Shown here one piece after another: positions 26,067 through 35,932 of a DNA stretch of 64,000 nucleotides; within the stretch, counting starts at the first letter, position 1; each line of letters opens with the position of its first letter. The notes beneath the pieces are model-generated. The model searched no databases and had not been told where the DNA came from. It saw nothing but the letters and a program-made list of their open reading frames with translations. This DNA comes from Bacteroidota bacterium. GTDB lineage: Bacteria > Bacteroidota > Bacteroidia > UKL13-3. The stretch lies in assembly GCA_947485745.1 (NCBI GenBank), contig CANKQY010000005.1:875-64874 (forward strand), in the 5' to 3' direction. The position numbers and the translations under genes were made by a program.

Positions 26067-26597
26067 TTACAAGAACCTAGGATCAGTTTCCATTACATGT
26101 CCGCATTTTTTGCAGGTGCGTAAATCTTCTGAGCCATAATATTCTTTGAACCTTGGTTGAAAATCTGTTTCAATATTATTTTGTTCAAAATAGGTTTCAT
26201 GCAGCTTGTTATTGCACTTTTCGCAGAACCACAAAAGACCATCTTTAAAGTTGGTTCCTTTGCGGGAGCGCTCAATCACTAGACCAATAGAACCTTCTGC
26301 TCTTCCAGGAGAGTGGGGCGTTTTAGCCGGACATAAAAACATATCGCCAGGACCTAAATGAATTGGCACCGCTTGTCCATCTTCTTGAATGTTTATGGTA
26401 ATGTTACCTTCCAATTGGTAGAACCATTCTTCCGTTTCATTGTAATGGTAATCCTTGCGGGCATTAGGGCCACCAACTATCATCACTATAAAGTCAGTAC
26501 CCTCAGGATATAAATTTTTATTGGCAATTGGTGGTACCAATAAATGACGATTTTCATCTATCCACTTTTGTAAATTGAATGGTTTGCGTATTGGCAT
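26067..26597 (-). CDS. nbaC: 3-hydroxyanthranilate 3,4-dioxygenase (kynurenine pathway)
   Basis: 176 aa cupin. It has FNLQKWIDENRHLL, DYHYNETEEWFYQLEG and MFLCPAKTPHSPGR. The C-terminal rubredoxin-like site has CEKC...CKKC. Confidence 0.9.
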   Translation of the reverse strand: MPIRKPFNLQKWIDENRHLLVPPIANKNLYPEGTDFIVMIVGGPNARKDYHYNETEEWFYQLEGNITINIQEDGQAVPIHLGPGDMFLCPAKTPHSPGRAEGSIGLVIERSRKGTNFKDGLLWFCEKCNNKLHETYFEQNNIETDFQPRFKEYYGSEDLRTCKKCGHVMETDPRFL

Positions 26598-26653
26598 AAA
26601 ATTTTATTTAAGGTTTTTTGAATAATGTTTTTGCTTCCCAAAGATAACTTTTT

Positions 26654-26892
26654 AATTCTGAATTCTCCCGATGAATCGGGATATGAATTATTTTATGATA
26701 AAAGCTTGGTTGATTTCACCTATCTTACTATTCGACCCATTCGGGGTCGCATGTTCATAATAAATGAAAATGCTATAAACATATGACCCCGAAGGGGTCA
26801 AACAATAATTAATTAACTAAATTCAACATTTATACTTCATAATTTATAATTCTCACCTACGCAATAGCTTCGGCGGGCAAAGCATAATTCTG
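26654..26892. repeat. Cluster of GC-rich mini-palindromes (REP-like) in an AT-rich 306-bp spacer
   Basis: Hairpin 1 is TCCCGA-TGAA-TCGGGA (26666-26681), extendable to 26661-26689. Hairpin 2 is CGACCC-ATTCG-GGGTCG (26733-26749). Hairpin 3 is TGACCCC-GAA-GGGGTCA (26784-26800). Hairpins 2 and 3 with their flanks are inverted copies of one roughly 26-bp unit (21/26 identical by hand alignment). AATTCTGAA occurs at both ends (26654-26662 and about 26884-26892). Confidence 0.7.
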
Positions 26893-26903
26893 AAATAAAA
26901 AAA

Positions 26904-27443
26904 TTAGTTCAAAGGCAAAACCCTCGTCGCTTTCATGTATCTTTTTTTATAATATTCAGCATCTAATCTGTCAACTCTTACGCCCGAACTGGTGCTTGAG
27001 TGAATGAACTGAATGGGTTTTCCTTTTTCTGAAATCACAATGCCTACATGACCAATTCCTCTGCGACGGCTGTTTCGTCCTCTAAAGAAAAGTAAGTCGC
27101 CTTTAGAAATGAGCTTTTTAGGAATTTCTACACCTATGAAACTTTGTCCAGCTGAAGTATGTGGTAGTTTAATGCCAAATTTGCGGTAAACCATCATGGT
27201 ATAACCACTGCAATCAAATCCTTTGGTGGAAGTTCCCCCTCTTCTATAACTATCTCCCAAAAATGTTTTTGCATAGGCTAGAACGCTGTCTGGCTGTAAC
27301 TTTTTCTTTACATTTACCCTCACACTATCAGCAGGTTTGGGTAAAAGATGGAGTTGAATGGCTGAATCGGTTTGAGCAAAAGTTGAGTTGCCAAGCACTA
27401 ATGCGCAAGTAATGAGGATGATATGTAATATTGGCGACTTCAA
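26904..27443 (-). CDS. NlpC/P60 family cell-wall peptidase
   Basis: The catalytic Cys region is GGTSTKGFDCSGYTMMVYRKFG and the His region is IGHVGIVISEKG. The start is moved to the TTG at 27443, giving signal peptide MKSPILHIILITCALVLGNSTFA. The track start at 27605 would overlap the divergent bamD. Confidence 0.8.
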   Translation of the reverse strand: MKSPILHIILITCALVLGNSTFAQTDSAIQLHLLPKPADSVRVNVKKKLQPDSVLAYAKTFLGDSYRRGGTSTKGFDCSGYTMMVYRKFGIKLPHTSAGQSFIGVEIPKKLISKGDLLFFRGRNSRRRGIGHVGIVISEKGKPIQFIHSSTSSGVRVDRLDAEYYKKRYMKATRVLPLN

Positions 27444-27504
27444 CTTGTTGTAAAAATAATTGAATTTGAGATAATAAAAAGTGTATATTCGCAGTTTGCT
27501 AACT

Positions 27505-28317
27505 ATGAGGTATTTCGGTTTATGTATGTTGTTTCTAGCTTTGGTGTGGGTTGGCTGTGCCAATAAATACCAAAAAGCGCTCAAGAACCCCGATAACAGG
27601 GCCAAACTTGAAATGGCTGATACCTATTACAAAAAAAAGGATTTTGTTAGGGCTCTGAGTTTGTATGAGCAGATTGAATCGGCTTATAGCGGCACACCAA
27701 TGGCCGAGAAAATTCTTTACAATAGTTCCCAAAGTAATTTTGGTCTAAAAATGTATGCTTTGGCGGGCTTTCAATTCAAAACCTATTTTGAGAATTTTCC
27801 TTCTGGTGAACATTCAGAAGAATCTTTGTATATGAATGCCTATTGTGCTTATTTAGAGTCCTTTGAGCCAGAGTTGGATCAAACCGACACCTACAAAGCA
27901 ATAGAAACCTTCCATATTTTTATCAATGTATACCCCGAAAGTAAATATGTGCCCGAGTGTAATAACTATTTGGACAAGTTAAGAGCCAAATTAAGCTATA
28001 AAGCTTATCGTTCTGCCATATTATATTATAATATGGGTGAATATAAAAGCGCAATTGTATCTTTGAAGAATATTTCGAGAGAATTTCCAGAAATGGAACA
28101 AAAGGAAGAGGTTGATTATTTGGTGCTTGAATCCAACTATTTATTGGCGAAAAACAGTGTAATTGAAAAGCAAAAAGAAAGATATCATAGCACTTTAAAG
28201 TCGTTTGAAGAGTTTGAGGAGTTATATACTGAAAGTAGTAAATTCATGAAAAATGCTAAAGTGATCAAAGAAAAATCCAATTTAGCATTGGCAAAAATTA
28301 ACCAAAAGGAAAAATAA
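27505..28317 (+). CDS. bamD: Outer membrane protein assembly factor BamD (TPR lipoprotein)
   Basis: The lipoprotein signal is MRYFGLCMLFLALVWVGCANK. TPR-like repeats include ADTYYKKKDFVRALSLYEQI and YYNMGEYKSAIVSL. It sits at the head of the conserved bamD-rpoZ-coaBC arrangement. Confidence 0.8.
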   Translation: MRYFGLCMLFLALVWVGCANKYQKALKNPDNRAKLEMADTYYKKKDFVRALSLYEQIESAYSGTPMAEKILYNSSQSNFGLKMYALAGFQFKTYFENFPSGEHSEESLYMNAYCAYLESFEPELDQTDTYKAIETFHIFINVYPESKYVPECNNYLDKLRAKLSYKAYRSAILYYNMGEYKSAIVSLKNISREFPEMEQKEEVDYLVLESNYLLAKNSVIEKQKERYHSTLKSFEEFEELYTESSKFMKNAKVIKEKSNLALAKINQKEK

Positions 28318-28703
28318 TGAAGAATTTTTTACTTATTTTGTCTGCTGTTATAGCGCTCTTTGGTCTTTGGTGGTTGAGTAAAGACCAAGAAAGTCTACCC
28401 AATGTTTTAATTGCCCAGGACACTACCGAAATAAAACTTGAAGGAGGAACAGAAGGAGACAATGTTAAAATATTAGAGGGTGCAGATTCAAGTAGCATGC
28501 AAGAGGAAGTAAAAGCTGAGTTTTTAAGAAAAACCTATGCAAATTGCTTGTCTACCATTTATAAAATTTCTAATTCGCATGTTGAGGAATTAGAAAACAA
28601 TGTGGAGAGTATTTCCTTTATTAACGCTTATGTTAACGGAATACACCACATGTTGTATTTCGACAATGGAATTTGTACCTCCGATGAAATTTTAAAAAAT
28701 TAA
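28317..28703 (+). CDS. Hypothetical membrane-anchored protein
   Basis: 128 aa with a single N-terminal TM/signal segment (FLLILSAVIALFGLWWL). Its start overlaps the bamD stop (ATAATG). No family recognised. Confidence 0.4.
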   Translation: MKNFLLILSAVIALFGLWWLSKDQESLPNVLIAQDTTEIKLEGGTEGDNVKILEGADSSSMQEEVKAEFLRKTYANCLSTIYKISNSHVEELENNVESISFINAYVNGIHHMLYFDNGICTSDEILKN

Positions 28704-28718
28704 TTAATAAATATAAAT

Positions 28719-29063
28719 ATGGCTAACAACAACTATCAAAACGTTCCCTCAACCACCATTGCGCGTGATTTGAGAAAATTAGAAAAAGGTACCGACAATA
28801 TTTACGAGTCGATTGCCATCATTTCAAAGCGTGCTAATCAAATTAGTGCTCAATTAAAAGAAGAATTGCATGGTAAATTAGATGAATTTAACAACGATAG
28901 CGATACTTTAGAAGAGGTTTTTGAAAATCGTGAACAAATAGAAATTAGCATGTATTATGAGCGTTTGCCTAAGGCTACTTTAATTGCAACTCAAGAATAT
29001 TTAGACGATAAAATTCATTTCCGCAATCCGGATAAAGAAAAGCGTTTGGCAGAAGAAAACTAA
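28719..29063 (+). CDS. rpoZ: DNA-directed RNA polymerase subunit omega (Bacteroidota long form)
   Basis: 114 aa. The omega core reads NIYESIAIISKRANQISAQLKEEL. It lies between bamD and coaBC. Confidence 0.75.
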   Translation: MANNNYQNVPSTTIARDLRKLEKGTDNIYESIAIISKRANQISAQLKEELHGKLDEFNNDSDTLEEVFENREQIEISMYYERLPKATLIATQEYLDDKIHFRNPDKEKRLAEEN

Positions 29064-29080
29064 TTCCTTACTTTGCTTAA

Positions 29081-30283
29081 ATGCTTGAAGGAAAAAAAAT
29101 ACTAATTGGAATAAGCGGGAGCATTGCAGCATATAAAATTGCTACATTGACCCGCTTATTTGTTAAAGCAGGTGCCCAAGTGAAGGTAGTCATGACTGCT
29201 GCCGCTCACGATTTTGTTACACCAGTTACGCTGGCTACTTTGAGTAAAAATCCGGTGAATACAGCCTTTGTAAAAAACAAGGCTGGCGAGTGGACCAATC
29301 ATGTGGAATTAGGTTTGTGGGCTGATATATTTTTGATAGCACCTGCTTCTGCAAATACCATTGCCAAAATGGCTCATGGCATTTGTGATAACCTTTTATT
29401 GGCAACCTATCTTTCTGCGAGATGTCCTGTAATGTTTGCTCCTGCCATGGATTTAGATATGCTGGCTCACACAGCAACCCAAAAGAATATAGCTATTTTA
29501 CAAGGCTTTGGCAATATCCTAATTGAACCAAATTCTGGCGAATTAGCAAGCGGCTTAGAAGGCAAAGGAAGAATGGCCGAACCCGAAGAAATATTTCAAT
29601 GCATAAACTCATTTTTCAATAAACAAAAACTCCTAAAAGGTAAAACGGTATTGATTACTGCTGGGCCAACATATGAACACATTGACCCAGTAAGGTTTAT
29701 TGGAAATCACAGTACAGGCAAGATGGGTTTTGCCATTGCAGATGCAATAGCTTTCCATGGAGCAAAAGTTTTGTTAGTTGCTGGTCCTACCTCACAACAA
29801 ACCAAGAACACTTCTATTACTACAATAAACGTTACCTCAGCAGCCGAAATGTTTGAGGAATGTATAAAGGTTTATTCAAAAACAGATATCGCCATTCTAT
29901 GCGCTGCGGTGGCAGATTATGCCCCTGCTCAAGTAAGTAAAAGTAAAATAAAAAAGGCTGGTGATTCATTAAACATTGAGCTAAATAAAACAAAAGACAT
30001 TTTAAAGGAGTTGGGAAAATTGAAGAAAAAAAAGCAACTTTTAATTGGCTTTGCGCTCGAAACCGATAATGAAGAGGCTAACGCCTTGAAAAAATTGAAA
30101 GAAAAAAATTTAGATTTCATTGTGTTAAACTCGCTCAATGATAAAGGTGCAGGCTTTGGATTTGATACCAATCAAATTAGCGTCATACATAATAATGGCA
30201 CTAAAAAAAGTTTCGGTTTGAAGCCTAAAAAAGATGTGGCTCAAGATATTGTTGAACAAATAATTCAATTATTACATGTTTAA
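29081..30283 (+). CDS. coaBC: Bifunctional phosphopantothenoylcysteine decarboxylase / phosphopantothenate-cysteine ligase
   Basis: 400 aa. The flavoprotein N-domain has KKILIGISGSIAAYK and PASANTIAKMAHGICDNLL. The CoaB C-domain has ITAGPTYEHIDPVRFIGNHSTGKMG. Confidence 0.95.
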   Translation: MLEGKKILIGISGSIAAYKIATLTRLFVKAGAQVKVVMTAAAHDFVTPVTLATLSKNPVNTAFVKNKAGEWTNHVELGLWADIFLIAPASANTIAKMAHGICDNLLLATYLSARCPVMFAPAMDLDMLAHTATQKNIAILQGFGNILIEPNSGELASGLEGKGRMAEPEEIFQCINSFFNKQKLLKGKTVLITAGPTYEHIDPVRFIGNHSTGKMGFAIADAIAFHGAKVLLVAGPTSQQTKNTSITTINVTSAAEMFEECIKVYSKTDIAILCAAVADYAPAQVSKSKIKKAGDSLNIELNKTKDILKELGKLKKKKQLLIGFALETDNEEANALKKLKEKNLDFIVLNSLNDKGAGFGFDTNQISVIHNNGTKKSFGLKPKKDVAQDIVEQIIQLLHV

Positions 30284-31181
30284 AAAAATTGTCATTGGTA
30301 TTTTATCGTTAATGTTTGGAATGCCTGCTTTTTCCCAAGAGTTCAATTGCAGGATTAAAATTAACGACCAACAAGTACAAATATCTGATAAAACCATTTT
30401 CAGAGGCTTGGAGCAACGCTTGCAAGATTTTATGAACAATGCACGGTGGTCCAATGAACAAGTGGCAAATAACGAAAGGATAGAGCTCAATATTGAAATC
30501 TTTATTTCGGGTTACAATCAAACAACTTATGAGTACCAAGCTACGGCTGTTATTCAAAGTAGGAGGCCTGTTTATGGCGCAAATTATACCACTACCTTAT
30601 TTAGCTTTAATGATGAAAATTGGGATTTTAAATACCAAGACCAAGATCGTTTAGAGTACCAAGATGGTCAGTTTTTAGGGGATTTATCTTCCTTATTGAG
30701 TTTTTATGCCTACTATACTTTGGCCTTAGATTACGACAGTTTTTCGTTAGAAGGTGGAACTAGCCTATTTACCAAGGCACTTCAAATTTCGAGTTTAGCA
30801 GGTCAAACAAGTTTAAAATCTGGTTGGAAGCCTTTCGAAAAATCATCAAGAACTCGTTATAATTTAATCGACAACATTTTAAACGAAAGGTTCAGACCAT
30901 TAAGAAATGCCTATTATATCTATCACCGCAAAGGATTGGATCAATTTACCAAAGATCCATTTCAAGCAAGAAAACAAATCACAGCTTCATTAGAGCAAGT
31001 AAAAAAGGTTTTTAAAATATCTCCGAATACAGTAATGTTATTGGTGTTTTTCGAGGCCAAAAGTGATGAGTTGGTGAGCATTTTTAAAGGTGCTGATGAT
31101 ATTGAGAAGCCTAAAGCAATTGAGCTTTTAAGTGAAATAAATATATCCAACATTTCTAAATACGAAAAAATAAAATCATAG
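30276..31181 (+). CDS. DUF4835 family protein (T9SS PorD-like)
   Basis: 301 aa with signal peptide MFKKIVIGILSLMFGMPAFSQ followed by EFNCRIKIN. It occupies the conserved position immediately after coaBC, overlapping it by 8 nt. The family call is from memory of this synteny. Confidence 0.6.
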   Translation: MFKKIVIGILSLMFGMPAFSQEFNCRIKINDQQVQISDKTIFRGLEQRLQDFMNNARWSNEQVANNERIELNIEIFISGYNQTTYEYQATAVIQSRRPVYGANYTTTLFSFNDENWDFKYQDQDRLEYQDGQFLGDLSSLLSFYAYYTLALDYDSFSLEGGTSLFTKALQISSLAGQTSLKSGWKPFEKSSRTRYNLIDNILNERFRPLRNAYYIYHRKGLDQFTKDPFQARKQITASLEQVKKVFKISPNTVMLLVFFEAKSDELVSIFKGADDIEKPKAIELLSEINISNISKYEKIKS

Positions 31182-31214
31182 GTTTAATTGCAAATAGCTT
31201 AACAAAAAATAGGT

Positions 31215-31925
31215 ATGCAGGATCATATACATCATCATAATGAAGAGCACTTCAGTGGAAGTGAAATTGTTAGAGACATAGTTATTGGAATGAGCGATGG
31301 ATTAACAGTTCCATTTGCATTGGCTGCTGGCTTAACAGGCGCTGCTCAAGGTAATAGTGTAATTGTTACTGCAGGCTTAGCGGAGATAGTTGCAGGCAGC
31401 ATTGCTATGGGTTTAGGTGGATATTTGGCTGGTAAAACCGAGATTGATCATTATGCCAGTGAGCTTAGGCGTGAATACCAGGAAGTTGATACGCATCCCG
31501 AAAAGGAAAAGCAAGAAGTACGTGATGTTTTTAATGAGTATGGTTTAAGTGAAGCTTCTACTGAATTAATTGTGGAAGAGCTTTCAAAAGACAAAGACAA
31601 ATGGGTGAAATTTATGATGCGCTATGAACTAGGCTTGGATCAACCCGATATCAATAGAGCTAGGCAAAGTGCATTAACAATTGGAATCTCTTATATCATA
31701 GGTGGCATTGTACCATTAAGCACCTACTTCCCAATTTTCTCAGACAATGCACATGATGGTTTTGTTTACTCTTGCATCATTACGGCTATTTGTTTATTCA
31801 CATTTGGATTCTTTAAAACCAAGATAATAGGTCAACCTCCTTTTATTGGAGCCTTTAAAACGCTATTTATTGGTGCATTGGCAGCAACTGCCGCTTATGT
31901 GATTGCAAGAATGATTGGTGGTTAA
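31215..31925 (+). CDS. VIT1/CCC1 family iron/manganese transporter
   Basis: 236 aa. It has RDIVIGMSDGLTVPFALAAGLTGA, a cytosolic acidic helical insert, and C-terminal TM helices. Confidence 0.8.
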   Translation: MQDHIHHHNEEHFSGSEIVRDIVIGMSDGLTVPFALAAGLTGAAQGNSVIVTAGLAEIVAGSIAMGLGGYLAGKTEIDHYASELRREYQEVDTHPEKEKQEVRDVFNEYGLSEASTELIVEELSKDKDKWVKFMMRYELGLDQPDINRARQSALTIGISYIIGGIVPLSTYFPIFSDNAHDGFVYSCIITAICLFTFGFFKTKIIGQPPFIGAFKTLFIGALAATAAYVIARMIGG

Positions 31926-31926
31926 T

Positions 31927-31934
31927 TATATTTG
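31927..31934 (+). promoter_or_regulatory. Bacteroidota-type -7 promoter box (TAnnTTTG)
   Basis: TATATTTG lies 18 nt upstream of the ATG at 31952. Confidence 0.35.
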
Positions 31935-31951
31935 TATTATAAATATGTTTT

Positions 31952-32443
31952 ATGCTTAAAAATATCTTTTTTACTTTTTTATTCTTATTAAGTTTTACTT
32001 CTTTTTCTCAGAACACAGGTATTGTTGTTGGAGAAGTAAATAATGGTGTTTACCAGTTTAAAGATTGTCAAGAATCATTAACCAAAGCTTTTGAATGGAC
32101 TTTTAAAGATGGCACAAAGGTGAGCGAAATGAGCATTACTCAGTTGGGTAACGACTATTATATTTTGGCTACCTGTTCGAATCAAGGTAGAAAAAGAATT
32201 GCAGCCATTGATTTGGATTTGGTAGGAATAGAATTTGTGTTAAATGAAGATGCTTTTTTTAAGACGTGCTCCGCTGTAGCTTGTGAAAATTGCAGGTTCT
32301 TTTTTGAAAGCAATAAAATAGTAGCGTGTAAATGCGAAGAAACTGGAACAATCAGCAATCACTGCCATTACAAGTCAAACGCTGCCACAAGTTTTTATGC
32401 TAATTTTCAGCGATCATTGCGTATGAACCAAGAAAAGCATTAA
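31952..32443 (+). CDS. Secreted Cys-rich hypothetical protein
   Basis: 163 aa with signal peptide MLKNIFFTFLFLLSFTSFSQ and 9 Cys in the mature part. No family recognised. Confidence 0.4.
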   Translation: MLKNIFFTFLFLLSFTSFSQNTGIVVGEVNNGVYQFKDCQESLTKAFEWTFKDGTKVSEMSITQLGNDYYILATCSNQGRKRIAAIDLDLVGIEFVLNEDAFFKTCSAVACENCRFFFESNKIVACKCEETGTISNHCHYKSNAATSFYANFQRSLRMNQEKH

Positions 32444-33198
32444 CGTTTTTCCCAAAAGAGTTTATTGGGTGAATATTTTTTTACCCGCTTTAAATTAAAT
32501 TTTTTGATGGCATAAGTATTGAAGTGCTCTAATAACTCTTCAACAGAATCTGTAACCAATAAGTTATCTTTTAAATCTGTTTCTGAAATGGTTTTATGCC
32601 TTACCATATCTTGCGTTAATTCAGTCAGGTTTTTCCAATAATCTCGTCCAAATAAAACCACTGGAAACTCTTTAATCTTTCCTGTTTGGATTAGGGTAAG
32701 CGCTTCAAACAATTCGTCCATAGTTCCCCAACCTCCGGGCATGATTACAAACCCATACGAGTACTTCACCAATAATATTTTACGCACAAAGAAATATTTA
32801 AAGTTAACCCATTTATGCAGGTAAGGATTTTCTTTTTGCTCATGTGGCAGCTCAATATTACAGCCAATGCTAAAGCCATTATTTTCGTAAGCCCCTCTGT
32901 TTGCAGCCTCCATAATTCCTGGTCCACCGCCAGTAATGATGGCAAAGCCAAGGTTGCTTAATCCGGCGCCAATTTCCCTTGCTTTTTCATAATAAACATG
33001 GTCTTCTTTAAACCTAGCACTGCCAAAAACTGTTACACAAGGACCAAGAAAATGAAGGTGCCTGAACCCATTTATGAATTCGTAAAATACCCTTACAATA
33101 AACAATAATTCTCTTCTCCTTGACCTAGGTCCTTCTAAAAAACTGTTTTCACTTTGACCAGATGTTTTAGGCTTTATACTTAAAGGAATTGTTTCCAT
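32440..33198 (-). CDS. LOG family / TIGR00730 Rossmann-fold nucleotide-binding protein (cytokinin riboside 5-prime-monophosphate phosphoribohydrolase-like)
   Basis: It has VTVFGSARF, ITGGGPGIMEAANRGA and the LOG signature PGGWGTMDELFEALTLIQTGK. Confidence 0.85.
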   Translation of the reverse strand: METIPLSIKPKTSGQSENSFLEGPRSRRRELLFIVRVFYEFINGFRHLHFLGPCVTVFGSARFKEDHVYYEKAREIGAGLSNLGFAIITGGGPGIMEAANRGAYENNGFSIGCNIELPHEQKENPYLHKWVNFKYFFVRKILLVKYSYGFVIMPGGWGTMDELFEALTLIQTGKIKEFPVVLFGRDYWKNLTELTQDMVRHKTISETDLKDNLLVTDSVEELLEHFNTYAIKKFNLKRVKKYSPNKLFWEKR

Positions 33199-33204
33199 AT
33201 AGAA

Positions 33205-34593
33205 TTACAATAAGTGATTTGCTAAATTTGCTAGTTCGGAACGTTCTCCTTTTTCCAAAGTAATGTGTGCATACAAGGGATTGTCTTGAACGCGATCAAT
33301 CAAATAAGATAATCCATTAGATTGTGAATCAAGATAAGGTGTATCTATTTGAAAAATATCTCCTGTAAAAACAATTTTTGTGTTTTCACCTGCTCTTGTG
33401 ATAATGGTTTTAACTTCAAGCGGCGTAAGATTTTGCGCTTCATCTATAATGAAAATAATATTAGATAAACTTCTACCTCTGATATAAGCCAATGGAGTAA
33501 CCATCAATTTTTCTTGGTTCACCATATCGGTAATTTTTTGAAACTCTTTATCGGTTTCTTTCCATTGATTTTGGATCAATTTTAAGTTATCCCAAAGTGG
33601 TTCCATATAAGGGTTAATCTTTGATTTTGCATCCCCAGGTAAAAATCCAATGTCTCTGTTGTTAAGAGGAATGATTGGCCTTGCTAAATAAATCTGCCTG
33701 TAGTTAGCTTTTTGCTCCATTGCCGCTGCGAGTGCCAATAAAGTTTTACCAGTGCCAGCTATGCCTTGAATGGTTACCAATTTTATTTGTGGGTTCAAAA
33801 CGGCATGCAAAGCAAATGCTTGTTCTGCATTGCGTGGCTTAATACCAGAGGCACTTACTTTATTGATTTTTTCTAGGCTTTCTGTTTCCGCATTGTAGCA
33901 AGTAAGGACCGAATTTGATGCATTTTTTAGGATATAAAAATGATTAGCTATTGGTTTTTTCTTCATGGCTAAATCATAGCTCACAAAACCTCTTGCATAA
34001 ACTTCATCAATAATAGATGACTTAATTTTTTCGAGCACAGTTCTGCCAGTATGAAGGGTATCTATGTCCTTAATTTTACCTGTTTCATAGTCTTCGGCTA
34101 ATATGCCCAATGATTTTGCCTTTAGCCTTAAGTTAACATCCTTGGTAACCATTATAACAGACCTATCTGGGTGCTGTTCTTGAAGTGCTATTGCCGCATT
34201 TAAGATGCGATGGTCGGCTTTACGCTCACCAAAAACTACCTGGGCATCAATACGCGTTCTTTCTGGCATTACCACTTTAAATTGGCCTCGCGTTGGACCG
34301 TTAATAGGAATCCAATTTGTTAGTGTATATTCTCCTGAAAGTTTATCCAAATACCTTATAAAAGCTCTTGCTTCAAAGTTTAAGGTATCGTTACCCTTTT
34401 TAAAATTATCTAACTCTTCAAGAACAGTAATTGGAATAGCAACATCGTGCTCCTCAAAATTTTTAATAGAATTGTTATCGTATAAAATAACTGATGTGTC
34501 TAAAACAAATATTTTTCTTAGTTCTTTATGTTTTGAAATGCGTTTAACCGCTTTTTTTGCCACTTTTTTGGGTGCTACTTTTCTGCCTACCAT
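33205..34593 (-). CDS. PhoH-family ATPase with N-terminal PIN domain (YlaK-like)
   Basis: 462 aa. The PIN start is IFVLDTSVILYD. The PhoH Walker A is GIAGTGKTLLALAAA and Walker B is IIFIIDEAQNLT. Confidence 0.85.
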   Translation of the reverse strand: MVGRKVAPKKVAKKAVKRISKHKELRKIFVLDTSVILYDNNSIKNFEEHDVAIPITVLEELDNFKKGNDTLNFEARAFIRYLDKLSGEYTLTNWIPINGPTRGQFKVVMPERTRIDAQVVFGERKADHRILNAAIALQEQHPDRSVIMVTKDVNLRLKAKSLGILAEDYETGKIKDIDTLHTGRTVLEKIKSSIIDEVYARGFVSYDLAMKKKPIANHFYILKNASNSVLTCYNAETESLEKINKVSASGIKPRNAEQAFALHAVLNPQIKLVTIQGIAGTGKTLLALAAAMEQKANYRQIYLARPIIPLNNRDIGFLPGDAKSKINPYMEPLWDNLKLIQNQWKETDKEFQKITDMVNQEKLMVTPLAYIRGRSLSNIIFIIDEAQNLTPLEVKTIITRAGENTKIVFTGDIFQIDTPYLDSQSNGLSYLIDRVQDNPLYAHITLEKGERSELANLANHLL

Positions 34594-34868
34594 GAATTAA
34601 TTGTTAAGGATATTCAATCGTCCTTGCCGAAGATTGAAAATTAACTTAACAAATAAAAAATTACTTATTCACACTTGTTGATGGCTTTAACAACTTCAAA
34701 TAATATGATATTTATTGTATGAAATAGTTGAGTTTACAGCTTATTCACAGCAACACAAAACAGAAGTAACAGAGGATGTTACTAAAAAACTATCTTTGTT
34801 GCCAACGCCTTACAATACCTCATATTTAGAAAGGGTTGACATTCAAAATATTTAAATAAAATTCTGAT

Positions 34869-35822
34869 TTAGTTACTCACATCTGTTTTTGCCGCCAGAT
34901 ATCTTTCAGCATCTAATGCTGCCATACAGCCACTTCCGGCTGCGGTTACAGCCTGTCTGTATACTTTATCTTGCGCATCACCACAAGCAAATACACCAGC
35001 AACATTTGTTTTGCTTGTACCTGGAATAGTTTGCAAATAGCCAGTTTCATCCATATCCAAATATCCTTTAAATATATCTGTATTTGGATGGTGACCAATT
35101 GCCACGAAGAATCCACTGATATCTATGGTTCTTAATTCGTTGGTTTTTCTATTTTTTAAACGCGCACCTATAACTTTATTTTCGCCCAAGATTTCATCTG
35201 TTTCCGTATCAAAAATTACCTCAATATTTGGGGTGTTTAAAACACGATGAATCATTGCTTTAGAAGCTCTAAATTCATCCCTTCTAACAATCATGTATAC
35301 TTTACTACAGATTTTTGCAAGGTAACTAGCTTCTTCGCAGGCTGTATCTCCAGCGCCAACTATAGCCACATCTTTTCCTTTGAAGAAAAATCCATCACAT
35401 ACCGCGCAAGCACTAACTCCCATTCCATTTAACTTTTGTTCGGACGGAATTCCCAACCATTTAGCACTTGCTCCAGTGGCAATGATAATTGTTTCAGCCA
35501 AAATTTCATGTGATTCGTCTGCTATTAACTTAAAAGGTGGTTTTCCTGTTAAATCAACACTGGTAATCATTCCATAACGAACATCGGTTCCAAAACGCTC
35601 AGCCTGCTTGCGAAATAACTCCATCATCTCAGGACCCATTATTCCTTCTGGATAGCCTGGGTAGTTTTCTACATCAGTGGTAATAGTTAATTGGCCTCCT
35701 GGCTGCATACCTGCATACATGATGGGTTTTAAATCTGCCCTAGCGGCATATATTGCTGCAGTATAACCAGCAGGTCCTGATCCTACAATCAGGCATTCAA
35801 TATGTTCAACAGTCTTTGTCAT
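34869..35822 (-). CDS. trxB: Thioredoxin-disulfide reductase
   Basis: 317 aa. The FAD motif is LIVGSGPAGYTAAIYAAR, the redox-active site is CAVCDG, and the NADPH motif is VAIVGAGDTACEEA. Confidence 0.95.
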   Translation of the reverse strand: MTKTVEHIECLIVGSGPAGYTAAIYAARADLKPIMYAGMQPGGQLTITTDVENYPGYPEGIMGPEMMELFRKQAERFGTDVRYGMITSVDLTGKPPFKLIADESHEILAETIIIATGASAKWLGIPSEQKLNGMGVSACAVCDGFFFKGKDVAIVGAGDTACEEASYLAKICSKVYMIVRRDEFRASKAMIHRVLNTPNIEVIFDTETDEILGENKVIGARLKNRKTNELRTIDISGFFVAIGHHPNTDIFKGYLDMDETGYLQTIPGTSKTNVAGVFACGDAQDKVYRQAVTAAGSGCMAALDAERYLAAKTDVSN

Positions 35823-35932
35823 AATTTATTTTATCGGTTCAAAACTAATTCAAATAATGGTCCAGTTTTTAACAAGTTATTCCAATTATTGAATACTATC
35901 ATGCTAGGTTGAATGAAAAAGTTTTGTCTTTA

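Noticed and set aside
34765-34783. Hairpin AGTAACA-GAGGA-TGTTACT in the 275-bp phoH-trxB spacer, considered as a terminator
   Set aside because: It is followed by an A-run on the + strand, which is a T-run before the hairpin on the - strand. This is the wrong geometry for terminating either the trxB transcript or any + strand transcript.
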